DNA of 64,000 nucleotides from Terriglobia bacterium (GTDB lineage Bacteria; Acidobacteriota; Terriglobia; 20CM-2-55-15): NCBI GenBank assembly GCA_963664115.2, contig CAXWPJ010000005.1, positions 224,001 to 288,000 of the forward strand, read 5' to 3'. Shown piece by piece: positions 38,601 to 48,472 of this stretch (position 1 is its first letter; each line of letters starts with the position of its first letter). The notes under the pieces were generated by a model. It saw only the letters and a program-made list of their open reading frames with translations, ran no database searches and was not told where the DNA came from. The position numbers and the translations under genes were made by a program.

Positions 38601-41227
38601 GTTAGAGATCCTCCCCGTTTCCGGGAAACGTGCTGCCCAGGTTGGAGGTGAGGCGGGTGGATATTGTCATCGCCGCGGTGGTGAATGCCACCAGTACGGC
38701 GGGCAACAATTGCGCGTAGTTGGACCGGTCCACGTGGGCGGGTTCAACACCGCGCTGTTTTGCCATGTCTAGCGTTTCGGACAGTGCGTCGGTCAGGTCA
38801 TGCCATTTCCACGATCCAGTTTGCGCGGGAGGGACAACCAGCAGCATTGTCTGGGGTGCCTCCGCATTCGGCTGGTCGTAATGGAAGGCGACGCCAGTGG
38901 TTTCTTCGTTGCCGGGAACCACCTCCACCCACTCGTCCAGAACGACGCCTTTCATGGGCCGAGGCGCCTCAAAGGCCGATCCCTGGTGGACCGCCAGAAC
39001 CAGCTTCTCGCCCGACAGCGCGTAGTCATCCGGAAACTCAATCGCCAGCCAGGCGTCATTTTCTTGGTAGGGTAGTTGGACCGGATCCAGCTGAAGTGCA
39101 CGCCGGTCAAAGTTGTCGCTCATCAGTGCCGTTTGCTCCCACAGCGCCATTCGCCCCCGTACGCGTGCCACGCCGTTCAGCCAGTCCTCGACCGGCAGTG
39201 GCGGCGGTGCTGAGTTCACCAGATATTCGCTCGATGCAAAGGACTCGACGAGAGCACCCGGGTTGTTTGGACTAAACACGGGCAGCATTGTGAAATCAGC
39301 TCCCAGCAACGCGCCGGACGCATCGGCTAAAAGGTTCACTGTCTGATCGATCGTCATGTCCGAGGATATCGAGCCCAGGGTTGCGTCACAGGATTCCAAC
39401 TTTGACTCGACAGTAGTCAGGACCCGGTTGGCTTGCGCGATCAGGTTGGTGCGAATAGTTGCTGACGCTCCCACAGCGCTCTGGGGAATGGCCTTGGGAA
39501 CTGCAAACGCTGCGAGCGGGACCATAGCGTCTCGAACGGCGTCTGTAATCGCTTCGTCCTCGTCAGACCCCGCCTCCAGCGCGACGCGTGCGGACTGAAG
39601 CGTGTCGTGGAGGGCCGACAGCGTATCCCGGAGGGCCCTGGCGCGGGTCGCGAACTCGTCGGAGTCGCGTCCGCTGGAGTATCCGGCATCGTCGGTGTCG
39701 TCTCCGGGCAGGATAAGATCCATTCCGCCCAGAGCCCGTGGCTCGGTGACGATCGCCCGAAGTGGTTCCAGCAGAGGAGTCAATTCAAATAGTGTGACGT
39801 CCTTGGCCGCCCAGCTTTCGTCCCGTTCGGTCGAGATCACTTCGACATTTGTGCTGTCGCCGATAGCCTCCGCTTGCCGCACGAAGTACGCGATCCGGTC
39901 GTCCATTTCGGTTCCTACGGCCGCCGCGCGCGCACCAAGACCAAGGATGTGCACCAGATCGATAGGCTGGAACCCGAGGTCGGTGATGCGAACGTCGCGG
40001 GCACTCTGCGTTGAACCGCCGTCCGTGCTCCACTGTGCACGCACGACGATCCGGTCAGGTTCGGGCAACACCGTTGCGAGCCATAGATTGACTCCGGGTT
40101 CGGCCGCAGACCGCGGCGTGTGGGCGACCCCGTAGGCATGCCACGGATTGTTCGCCGGGTCGCCGCCATCCGCGGCCGGGTCGAACAGGAGCAGACACCG
40201 ATGAGTGAGGCTAAAGCCGCTCCGCGGCGTGTCGACGATCTCGGGAATCGGTGGGACATGTCCGTTGCTCAAGGCATCAGTCACCGCCGCTGCCCGCTCA
40301 GAGTTGCCCTGGACCAGTTGGTAGACGCTTTCGGCCATGCCCAGATCGCCCACCGCGTCTAGGGCATCGCGGAGGCGGTCGACTTCGGCGTTGATCGTCG
40401 CTGCTTCGTCTGAAGTCGCGTTCTCCAGATCGGTCCGGTCGAACGGGTATGTGGCGGTCCCTACGGACTGAATGTGATCGATCAGGGCTACGCCGTTCAT
40501 GACGTTGCTGGACTCTAGGGCCGTGATCGGCACGTCCGGGCCCGATCGCTTCAGCCGGTCCGCGACCAGGGGAAATGCCTTGCGGAGCGGATAGATGAAC
40601 TTGTCGACTTCCGCCATTTCGTGTCGATCATGGAGTCCCCGCTCGAACTGATAGCCCAGCAGTTCAGCCAGACCCTGCCCCTGACGGATACCTTCAATCA
40701 GCCACAGGGCCGTGCGGACCCGTTCCGACGAGAGATTGACCGACATCAAATCCGCATCGGTCTCTCCGGAATGGGTCAGGTAAGCATTGCGGAGCACGGC
40801 GGCGGTGACGGCGTGATTCAGAGACGGACCGTGGATGAATCCGGCGTTGCCGTCGTTCCGCTGCAGCGGAGATGTTCCCGGCCCAAAGGCTTCAGGGACG
40901 TCCTCGGGCGACACATTCTCACGAACGGTCTTCGATGGCCGGAGGTCTTCAAGCCACCCGAATGCGCCGACATAGATCCCGTCGCGCAAGGTTTCCATGT
41001 TCTCGCCAGGATCCTGCCGGAATCGCAATGATTCGAGTTTTTTGTGAATCAGTCCCTGTTTCCATGCATCGAGCCTATAGCTGGCGAGGTCGAGGTGTTC
41101 GGTGAACGCCCGTTCCAGCCGCGCGGTTGGTAGGTCTGCCAGCAGTCCGAGCGAAGCCTGAACCGCCTGGAACTCCTTGAGATCCGCAAACGGTTCCCCC
41201 ACGGTCCCGTTCTTGTATCCGTCTAGG

Positions 41228-43074
41228 CCCAAAACAAGCGCATAACCAGTCCGCCGAGGCCCAGTTCGCGCCGATAGAATTCGAGGCATAGAATCCCGTT
41301 CCCGGATGGCCTGTTCCAGGTATCGAGTTTCTGTTGAATCTGTTTCAGTTCAGCCTCGCTGGTGTTGGACGGTTGACAGAAACCGGGACCTCGATCGCCC
41401 GGGCTCAGAGTCATGATCGGGTCAACATCGCAGAGGCTGACGCAACACATCCACCCCGCGGAACAAGACCGGCAACCACCGGTTCCAGGCCAGGATCCGG
41501 AACAGAATGCGCCGCCCGGTGCGCACGAGTTGGCACGGCACAAGCATGAAAGCGTTCAAGAAGGTTTTGAACTCCATGCGCAGCACGGTTTGCTTCTCAG
41601 CCTGATATTTTTGGCCCCAACGTCCGGTTTCGGGAAGCAGCAATGCAAACCACGCTTTCAGTGTCCAGGCCAGTGACGCGATCACCATGTAGGCCCAGTT
41701 GCTGGTCTGATCTCCGACCGGCATCCGCAACGCCTGAACGCCGTTCTTCAACTGCTCAATGAGATTCTCCTGATTGCACCGTTGATTGGCACGCATCACA
41801 ATCTGGTCGGCCGGATCCGAACGGTTGGTAATGTAGAAGAAGTACCGGATGTCGTCAAACAACACCTGCTCTCCTTTGGCCACCGACAGATTCTTCCGCA
41901 CCACGACGACACGGTAGTCCCGATCGCAGGCTCCGGGTCGATACCGAAACTCGGCCACATCCTCACCCTGCAAGCGGATATTGTCGAAACCGCGCTGCCG
42001 AACGATCTCTTCCTTCACGTTGTCGGGACGTTGGCGCGGTTCGGTCGCCACGTCGTATTTCGCGGGCCGTTCCAGGCGCTTCCACTGGCGCGGCTCCAGT
42101 TCATCGGCCCGGGCCTTCAGGTTCGCCATCGCGTCAATCCCGAATATGAAACCCACCTGCTGGTCGTCCCATCCGTCCAGATGCCGGGTCTGGCTGAAGT
42201 CCGTGTCCCCGCGCAGCAGGATCTGGCGAAACCCCGCATGCCGGCACAATGCGATGGCTTGGTCGAACCGGACCGCGGCTCCTTCATGCGACGGCCGGTT
42301 GCCGCTACGATTGACCAGATACAGCGGTTCGGCGGTGTTGGCCAGCGAGATCATCAGCGGGTGATATCCCCACGTCCCGTCGTAGGCCACGTCCATCCCT
42401 TGCTTGCATTCCCCCGTGGTTTCGGCCAGTGTCCCGTCCGCGTCCAACACCGCTTCTTCGAAAAACGCCGCCGGTTGCTGTCGCCAGACTCCGAGCCGGA
42501 CTTGATTGGTTGCCTCCATCAGACACTCCACGTCGTCGGCCTCGAATCTCCGGCAGAAGTCTCCCGCCGTCGTCGGATCCGGAATCCGTTGCGCTCCCAG
42601 CGCATCCAGATACACCGCATCGTTGCGCCGCAGTTCGATGTCTTCCAGGCACGTTCCTCCGCTCAAGGCGTTGTAGGCGATGTTCAGCACGTGATCCGAC
42701 TCGTGATACGGCAGGTGCCGCTTCAACACATGCACGCCCTTGTCGATGGCTTCGATCAGCCCGGTCCGCCGCGCCACCAGTTGCATCGTCCCGATACCAC
42801 CAACCGATGTGCCCCGCGTCCGCTCTCCCATCTCGTACTGAATGTTGCTCGCCGAAAACATCGGCTCTACCTGATCCGTCCAATGCCGGTCCCCAAGCCG
42901 ACGTTCGATTCGCCGCTTGCGGTTCCTCATGTTCTTGCGCGTATAATCGTTCATCTGAAATGCCTCCTTTTCCGAAGAATCTGTTCAAGGTTTTTTTCGC
43001 ACGGAGAGGGGGCATTTCGGGTACTTCCGCTCTTATTGCACTATCATTTCCTCGTCAATCACGCTTGTTCAGGG
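41228..43074 (-). mobile_element. IS1380-family insertion sequence, copy 2 (1847 bp)
   Basis: Same ends, length and transposase as copy 1; 6-bp target duplication TCTAGG (41222-41227, 43075-43080). Confidence 0.94.
41422..42954 (-). CDS. IS1380-family transposase
   Basis: 510-aa protein, same translation as 18498-20030. Confidence 0.92.
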   Translation of the reverse strand: MNDYTRKNMRNRKRRIERRLGDRHWTDQVEPMFSASNIQYEMGERTRGTSVGGIGTMQLVARRTGLIEAIDKGVHVLKRHLPYHESDHVLNIAYNALSGGTCLEDIELRRNDAVYLDALGAQRIPDPTTAGDFCRRFEADDVECLMEATNQVRLGVWRQQPAAFFEEAVLDADGTLAETTGECKQGMDVAYDGTWGYHPLMISLANTAEPLYLVNRSGNRPSHEGAAVRFDQAIALCRHAGFRQILLRGDTDFSQTRHLDGWDDQQVGFIFGIDAMANLKARADELEPRQWKRLERPAKYDVATEPRQRPDNVKEEIVRQRGFDNIRLQGEDVAEFRYRPGACDRDYRVVVVRKNLSVAKGEQVLFDDIRYFFYITNRSDPADQIVMRANQRCNQENLIEQLKNGVQALRMPVGDQTSNWAYMVIASLAWTLKAWFALLLPETGRWGQKYQAEKQTVLRMEFKTFLNAFMLVPCQLVRTGRRILFRILAWNRWLPVLFRGVDVLRQPLRC

Positions 43075-45331
43075 TCTAGGTACGTTGCGAGAGTCGATGC
43101 GGTGTCGCCGGTCACCACGGAATTCGGTGTGTAGAGATAGTCCCACTTGCCCAGCGTCTCGTCACCGGTCGAAATATGAAGCAACTCGGTTTCTTTTCGG
43201 TCTCCCGAGTCCAGGTTTCCCGAACCTGCATGCAGGAGCATTGCTCCGTCCCAGTAGGAAAGCATCGCGGCATGGCGCAGAAGCAGGTACAGCAGCGCCG
43301 TCGGAGCCTCGTGGTCCGGGCCAAAATCTTCGGAACGGATCGCGTCCAGGCTCGAATCCAAAATCCATCGAATGTAATTCTGACCGTCGGCGGAATAGGT
43401 TCGTATGGGGTCCGACTCCGAGAGGGGAACGTCGTCTACAACAGGCCCGTCCAAAAGGGTCGATCCGGCAAAGAACGTCTTTTCGAAGATCTCCGGGAGC
43501 GCGTCGGGCGCGTATCCGAGAGCTGCCAGCGCTCGCTGACCCTGACTGGACCAGTATCCCATCAGGTGGAGCGCCGTGAGGTGGCGGCTTCCCAGGTTGA
43601 GATAGTTGGTGAGGTACTCGGCGCCGACGGCAGTCCTCTGGTGAATCTCTGCTGTTGACGCGTGCAGTCCGATGATGTCGAGCAGCGTCTCGTACGGATC
43701 TCCATCTTTTCCGGTGTAGGACACGTCTGCCGCCATCGATTCCCAGTCGCGACTCATACCGTCGAGAATCGACTTCAGTCGGTCTTCGAATGACTCGTCT
43801 GCGACATTCTGATCGGATGGGAGGGTGAGTCGGGACCACGCCGTGGCTGGAAGGATGCCGTAGGGTTGGGTACCGATGCGTATCGCGGATGCCGGGCCAC
43901 GTCCGGAAACATACTGGATGAAGAAGTCGCGCGTGTCAGCGCGGTCCTCGGCGCTGATGACCCGAGCCATCATTTCTTCCATGAAGTAGCCGAGCGTGGC
44001 CGGCCACAGCGCCGTGTTCATTGCGCGGGCGTCGCGTGCATCCGTGCCCCCACTGTGCTCCACATGCGCGAGCGTTCCTGATGCGATCCCGAGCCATTCG
44101 GCTAATCGTTGGCCGTCGGATTTCGACTTCCAATCATCCGTCTCTGAGAACTGCCCGTGGGCCATCAGATCGAAGCTGGTTTCGGCGCCGGATTCAAAGG
44201 TGCTGAAACCGGATTCCGACTCAGATGTGTTGTTGGTTGGCGTACCGACCGGTACCAGGCTGAAACCGCCGGGAGAATGACGGTGGGCCTTGAGTAATGA
44301 TTCAACCGCTGCTCCGGCGGTATCCGAGTCGTCGGAGAGTCGCAGGCCCAGCACCAGCAGCCGGTCGAAGCCGCTCCGGGCCTGCTCATCGGTGATATCG
44401 ATCCGGACGCCCATGCCGGCCCGCACGGCCTCGTCGAAGTCGACCATCCATTGCATGTCTGCCGAAACGCGGATCGCGTCGCCCTCAACCTCAATTGACT
44501 GGTCATCGTCCACGGGGTCCGGGTCCATTCCGACGACGAGCGGGTCCGCTATGAGATTGCCTGTTACTTCGACTACTTTCCGGCCTCCGATGTATGCCGA
44601 AACGACGAACCGGTCGGGCATCAGCCGCGCCACCGGGGGTCGGCTCCATGCGTCCGGCTTGGCTTCGTAATCGGGCCAGTAACCAGTGGGGTTCAGCAGG
44701 GGGTCTTCGGCGGTTGTCGCGTTTAAGATGTCGTTACTGTTCAGCGGCACATATGCCTCGACGACCCAGGTCGCCCGATTCGGACCGATGCTGTCGACCA
44801 GCGCTCGCCACGCTCCCAGGCGGCCTACTTCGGATGGTCCGGACTTCCATACTTCGTTCCAGTAGGTCCGGGCATCTCGAACTTCGCTTTCGGTCAGCTG
44901 CGGTTCATGCGTGTCGATCTGTATGTCGTCGGGGTAAAACCGAACCCATAACTGGTGCCGGGTGTCGCGCGAACCCGGCGCCTTCCGTTCCATGAAACGA
45001 GTTTCGATCCGGACGGGGAAGAGCAGGAACGGAATGGAGTCGTCGAGTTGCTCCACCTGCTCCATGGGCGAAGTGTCGGTCAGTGCGACGGATTGCTCCA
45101 GTTCTGCAAGCCGGGCCTCATCGTAGGCCCGCTTCGCGTCGGCAAGCTGCGAATCAAGTTCATTCGGGCCGGTCTCTTCTTCGCCCGCTGGCGCCTTAGC
45201 ATCAAGGGCTCTCCGCCGCAGCATCACCGCCCTGAGACGTTCTTCGCTCCGCCTCCGTTCCGCCCGGAGGCGGGCAAGTCCGGATTGAATCTGTTCGAAC
45301 TCTGACACGTGGGGCTACTCCCTGGATCGAC

Positions 45332-48300
45332 CTATGCCAGCATCTTTGCGGCATGTACCGCTACCAGCACCGGGTCCTGGTAGGTAATGTGGGCGACTTC
45401 GTGAGCCTGGGAACGCGACGACCATTCAACACCATCCGGGTTGTCCGATCCGGAAACACTGGCCAGCACGTCGTCGTCAACCTGGGCGTGACCGTTGCTT
45501 ACGGTGACATGGCTCCATGCCAGGTCGTCCCAGGTGGTCGCCGTGGACGACGCGTCGTCGGTCGCGCTATCAAATCCGAACCTGGGCTCACCGGGTCTCT
45601 CCTTCAGCACGAAGTACCATCCCGGATCGTCGTCCGGATTTTCGCCAGTGCCGCCTTTCACTTCCTCGGCCGTCAGATCGAAACCCAGAAAGGCGATGTC
45701 GGGTTCGACCCTCGCCGAATACAGCGGGTACCGCTCCTGTCCTTCGGTGGTGTCCATTGTTCGGGCCTTGGCGCGATCGATGGCTCCCGCCTCGTCCCGT
45801 TGCCATTCAGCGCGTTGTGCGTACACCACAGTGGTTGGATAGCGTTTGAGCAGGTCTCCGCGAAATACGAGTACCAGTTGCGCCTCATCTCCGTACGCCT
45901 CGCGGTTGTTGTGATCGCCCAGGCTCGACGAGCGGCTCCACTCGTCGATGGGAGGAATATCGCGGAGCTTCTCCTCTAGTTCTGCTTCGGTGAGCGTCGG
46001 ATTAGAATTCACGTAGTCCTCAACGTCCCAGAACTGGCGGAAATAGGATCCGCGCTGATCGGTAGGATACTCGCGCCATAGCAGCTCGCGTCCCATTTCG
46101 TGGTTCAGACCGACCATGTAGGACTCGATGAACGGCTGATTGGTCTCCAGCAGGGAGATCGTGTTCTGCTTCACCTGATTGATGTTCGGCACAAGAAGTT
46201 CAGCAGACAGATCGCGCAAGGGCTCATACATCGGATACGGGAACTCGGGGTATGCCATAGCAGGCTGAAAAGTCTCCAGTAGTTGACTTCGTTTCCCGGG
46301 GCTCAGTCGCAATCGACTTGCCGTACGTTTCGGGATGGCGGTGTTTGGATTCACGGCCGCGAGAATGTCGTTTTGCGCGAGTTTGAGATCGAGGTCCGGG
46401 CCGATTCCTGACGCGATCGCCGCCTGTTGTTCGAATACCAGGTGCAGGTCGTTGAGCGCCATCTTAAAGCGTTCTGCGTCCGGACTGTCACTGCCGGTGG
46501 TTGACAGAGGCGGGGCGGCGCCCCCGGCCGGTACGATCCTGAATCCTGGGGCCTCGGGCAGCGCTTCGACTGCCTCGACCGTGAGGCTGTCTTCCTCCAG
46601 CGTGTCTCCTGCGGGTGCGGCCGTTTCCGGGGACGGGCCGAAGCGGGACCGAAGGTAGAAGCCCACACCTGCGATGGCTCCGATCAGCGCGGCAAGCACG
46701 CCGGGGATCAATCCCAGAATCAGAAGGACGATAGCGACCCCCAACATCATGATCGCCAGCCAGACGAAGAGCGGGTGCCCGACGATCTCACCCAGCCCTC
46801 CTGAATCGGGTTGCGGTACGATCGCCCGGGCGAAATCGTCGAATGTGACGGCGCTGTCAGGGGCGGTCTTGCGTGGCGTTGCTGTGATCTCGCCTTCCGC
46901 GACGCGCGCCGGGATGTTGGCCGGTTTCCGATCTCCATCCGGATCGACGGCGCGGATCACCGGGCCACGCGGCCGGGTAATCTTTCGGAAGGCCGGGTTG
47001 AACACCGCCCCTGGAACGCTGCTGTGTGCAATGGTATCTGCGACGGTCGTTCGCGCAGTCAAATCATCCCCCGCCCGGCTCGACAGTGTTCGCCGGTGGA
47101 CGGCAGTACTCAGGTTGAGGCACGCACTTGTGGAAAGTGGAATCAGATTGCGCTCATAGAGCGCTAAGCTTCCGAATTTCGATAGCTGGGCCCGTCCAAT
47201 GATCTTGTTTGCCTCCAGAATGTCACCCACCTGTTTCCACGCTTCATTGACGTACTGCTCCTGATGCTTCCCGACCACCCGCGTCCCGAGGCCGGAACCC
47301 ACGCGACGTCGCGGATCCAGATTCAGTTCGTGAACCCAGTTGGCGGTTCCCGCCGTGAGCGTCGACACCAGCGCGTGCCAGCGGGCGTAGAGCGGAGACG
47401 TGACGATGGGATCACCCGCGAACCCTTCTTGGGAGGTATAAGTGTCGGCCAGGTTCACACGGTCGGCAACTGCCACCTGCCATGAATCTGGAGCGGTGCC
47501 CTCGGGCCATTCGGTCCGTTCGGCCTGCGGCGAGATCAGAGCGCCTTCAAGTCCGAGTACGCCGTCGGTGATGTCGATTCCTTCCAAACCCGATCCGGGA
47601 TTCTGGACGTCCATGTTGCGGATGCCCACTTCCGGCGGCATGACGTGGGGTTTGAGTTGCCGGACCAGATACTCGAAATCGCCGGTCTGACCCGTCCGGA
47701 AATACCAGCGGTAGTAAACGGGGAAGACTTCCTGGTTCGAACTTCCCCACGCGGGTTCAACGGCCGTGTCTAGCGATGGATCCAGTTCAATTCCGAGACC
47801 GGTCTTGCGTCCAATTTCAAAGCTCGGAATCACAAACGCGTGGTAGCCAGTTTCGGCGTCCATCTGCCGGGGACACATTAGTCGGCTGTAGGCCAGATCC
47901 GGATTGGATTCCAACGCGTCACCCAGAGCGAGGATGGCCTCTTCGGTCGTCCGCGCGCCATCGTTGCCCAAATCCTCGTTGACGTGAACGTGGGTCCAGG
48001 CGAATAGCTGCTGGTGTGATGGGAACACCGACTCAGCGTTTTCGACCGTAATTGCAGTCAGCGTTGAATCGGAGGATAGGGCGGTGTCGGTGAACTCGTC
48101 CTCCTTGAGGACCACCAACGCAAGCCATGGTGTCAGGCGGTTGCCCGCATCTTCCGCAGTTTGAGGTGAGTAACGCCAGGGCAGATCTTCTTCGTAGAAT
48201 TCGACGAACGGAAAGTAATTGGGTTCGAAATCCGTAATCCAGTTTCTGGGTTCGGTCCGAATGACCACGTCGCTGTTCAATCCCGTAATGTCGCCCGGAC

Positions 48301-48472
48301 CGTAGAGTTCGACTTCCTGATTAACGGTCGCACTGACGGCGGAATTGTCCGTTTCCACGTCGACGGTCAACCCCACGGTGACGCGAAGTCCGGTCGCGGC
48401 TTGCATCGTATTTGCGATTCCCTGCCGCAACCAGGGCAGGAAACTGTAGCGGGCAATGGTGTCGTCGCTCAT
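45332..48472 (-). CDS. Uncharacterised protein, 1046 aa, with an internal hydrophobic hairpin (operon gene 3)
   Basis: Start overlaps the gene 2 stop (ATGA); motifs FLPWLRQGIA, LYGPGDI, DLPWRYSP, SRLMCPR, WVHELNLDPR, GLNHEMGRELLWREYPTDQRGSYFRQFWD; ~41-aa apolar stretch near residues 567-607. Confidence 0.85.
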   Translation of the reverse strand: MSDDTIARYSFLPWLRQGIANTMQAATGLRVTVGLTVDVETDNSAVSATVNQEVELYGPGDITGLNSDVVIRTEPRNWITDFEPNYFPFVEFYEEDLPWRYSPQTAEDAGNRLTPWLALVVLKEDEFTDTALSSDSTLTAITVENAESVFPSHQQLFAWTHVHVNEDLGNDGARTTEEAILALGDALESNPDLAYSRLMCPRQMDAETGYHAFVIPSFEIGRKTGLGIELDPSLDTAVEPAWGSSNQEVFPVYYRWYFRTGQTGDFEYLVRQLKPHVMPPEVGIRNMDVQNPGSGLEGIDITDGVLGLEGALISPQAERTEWPEGTAPDSWQVAVADRVNLADTYTSQEGFAGDPIVTSPLYARWHALVSTLTAGTANWVHELNLDPRRRVGSGLGTRVVGKHQEQYVNEAWKQVGDILEANKIIGRAQLSKFGSLALYERNLIPLSTSACLNLSTAVHRRTLSSRAGDDLTARTTVADTIAHSSVPGAVFNPAFRKITRPRGPVIRAVDPDGDRKPANIPARVAEGEITATPRKTAPDSAVTFDDFARAIVPQPDSGGLGEIVGHPLFVWLAIMMLGVAIVLLILGLIPGVLAALIGAIAGVGFYLRSRFGPSPETAAPAGDTLEEDSLTVEAVEALPEAPGFRIVPAGGAAPPLSTTGSDSPDAERFKMALNDLHLVFEQQAAIASGIGPDLDLKLAQNDILAAVNPNTAIPKRTASRLRLSPGKRSQLLETFQPAMAYPEFPYPMYEPLRDLSAELLVPNINQVKQNTISLLETNQPFIESYMVGLNHEMGRELLWREYPTDQRGSYFRQFWDVEDYVNSNPTLTEAELEEKLRDIPPIDEWSRSSSLGDHNNREAYGDEAQLVLVFRGDLLKRYPTTVVYAQRAEWQRDEAGAIDRAKARTMDTTEGQERYPLYSARVEPDIAFLGFDLTAEEVKGGTGENPDDDPGWYFVLKERPGEPRFGFDSATDDASSTATTWDDLAWSHVTVSNGHAQVDDDVLASVSGSDNPDGVEWSSRSQAHEVAHITYQDPVLVAVHAAKMLA

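Larger units (their letters stand above)
38602..45308 (-). pseudogene. Uncharacterised giant protein, 1617 aa when reconstructed (operon gene 4), interrupted by IS1380
   Basis: Removing 41228-43074 plus one TCTAGG joins the 749-aa and 895-aa ORFs in frame (...TLATYLD|GYKNGTVG...); 4854 nt. Motifs LLFPVRIETRF, WVRFYPDDI, GTPTNNT, GTQPYGILP, YRLDAW, LGYQFERGLH, DEWVEVVP. Confidence 0.9.

Noticed and set aside
38602-45308. Two separate genes of 895 aa and 749 aa as listed in the ORF track
   Set aside because: Both ORFs run into IS1380 sequence and join in frame once the IS and one TSD are removed.
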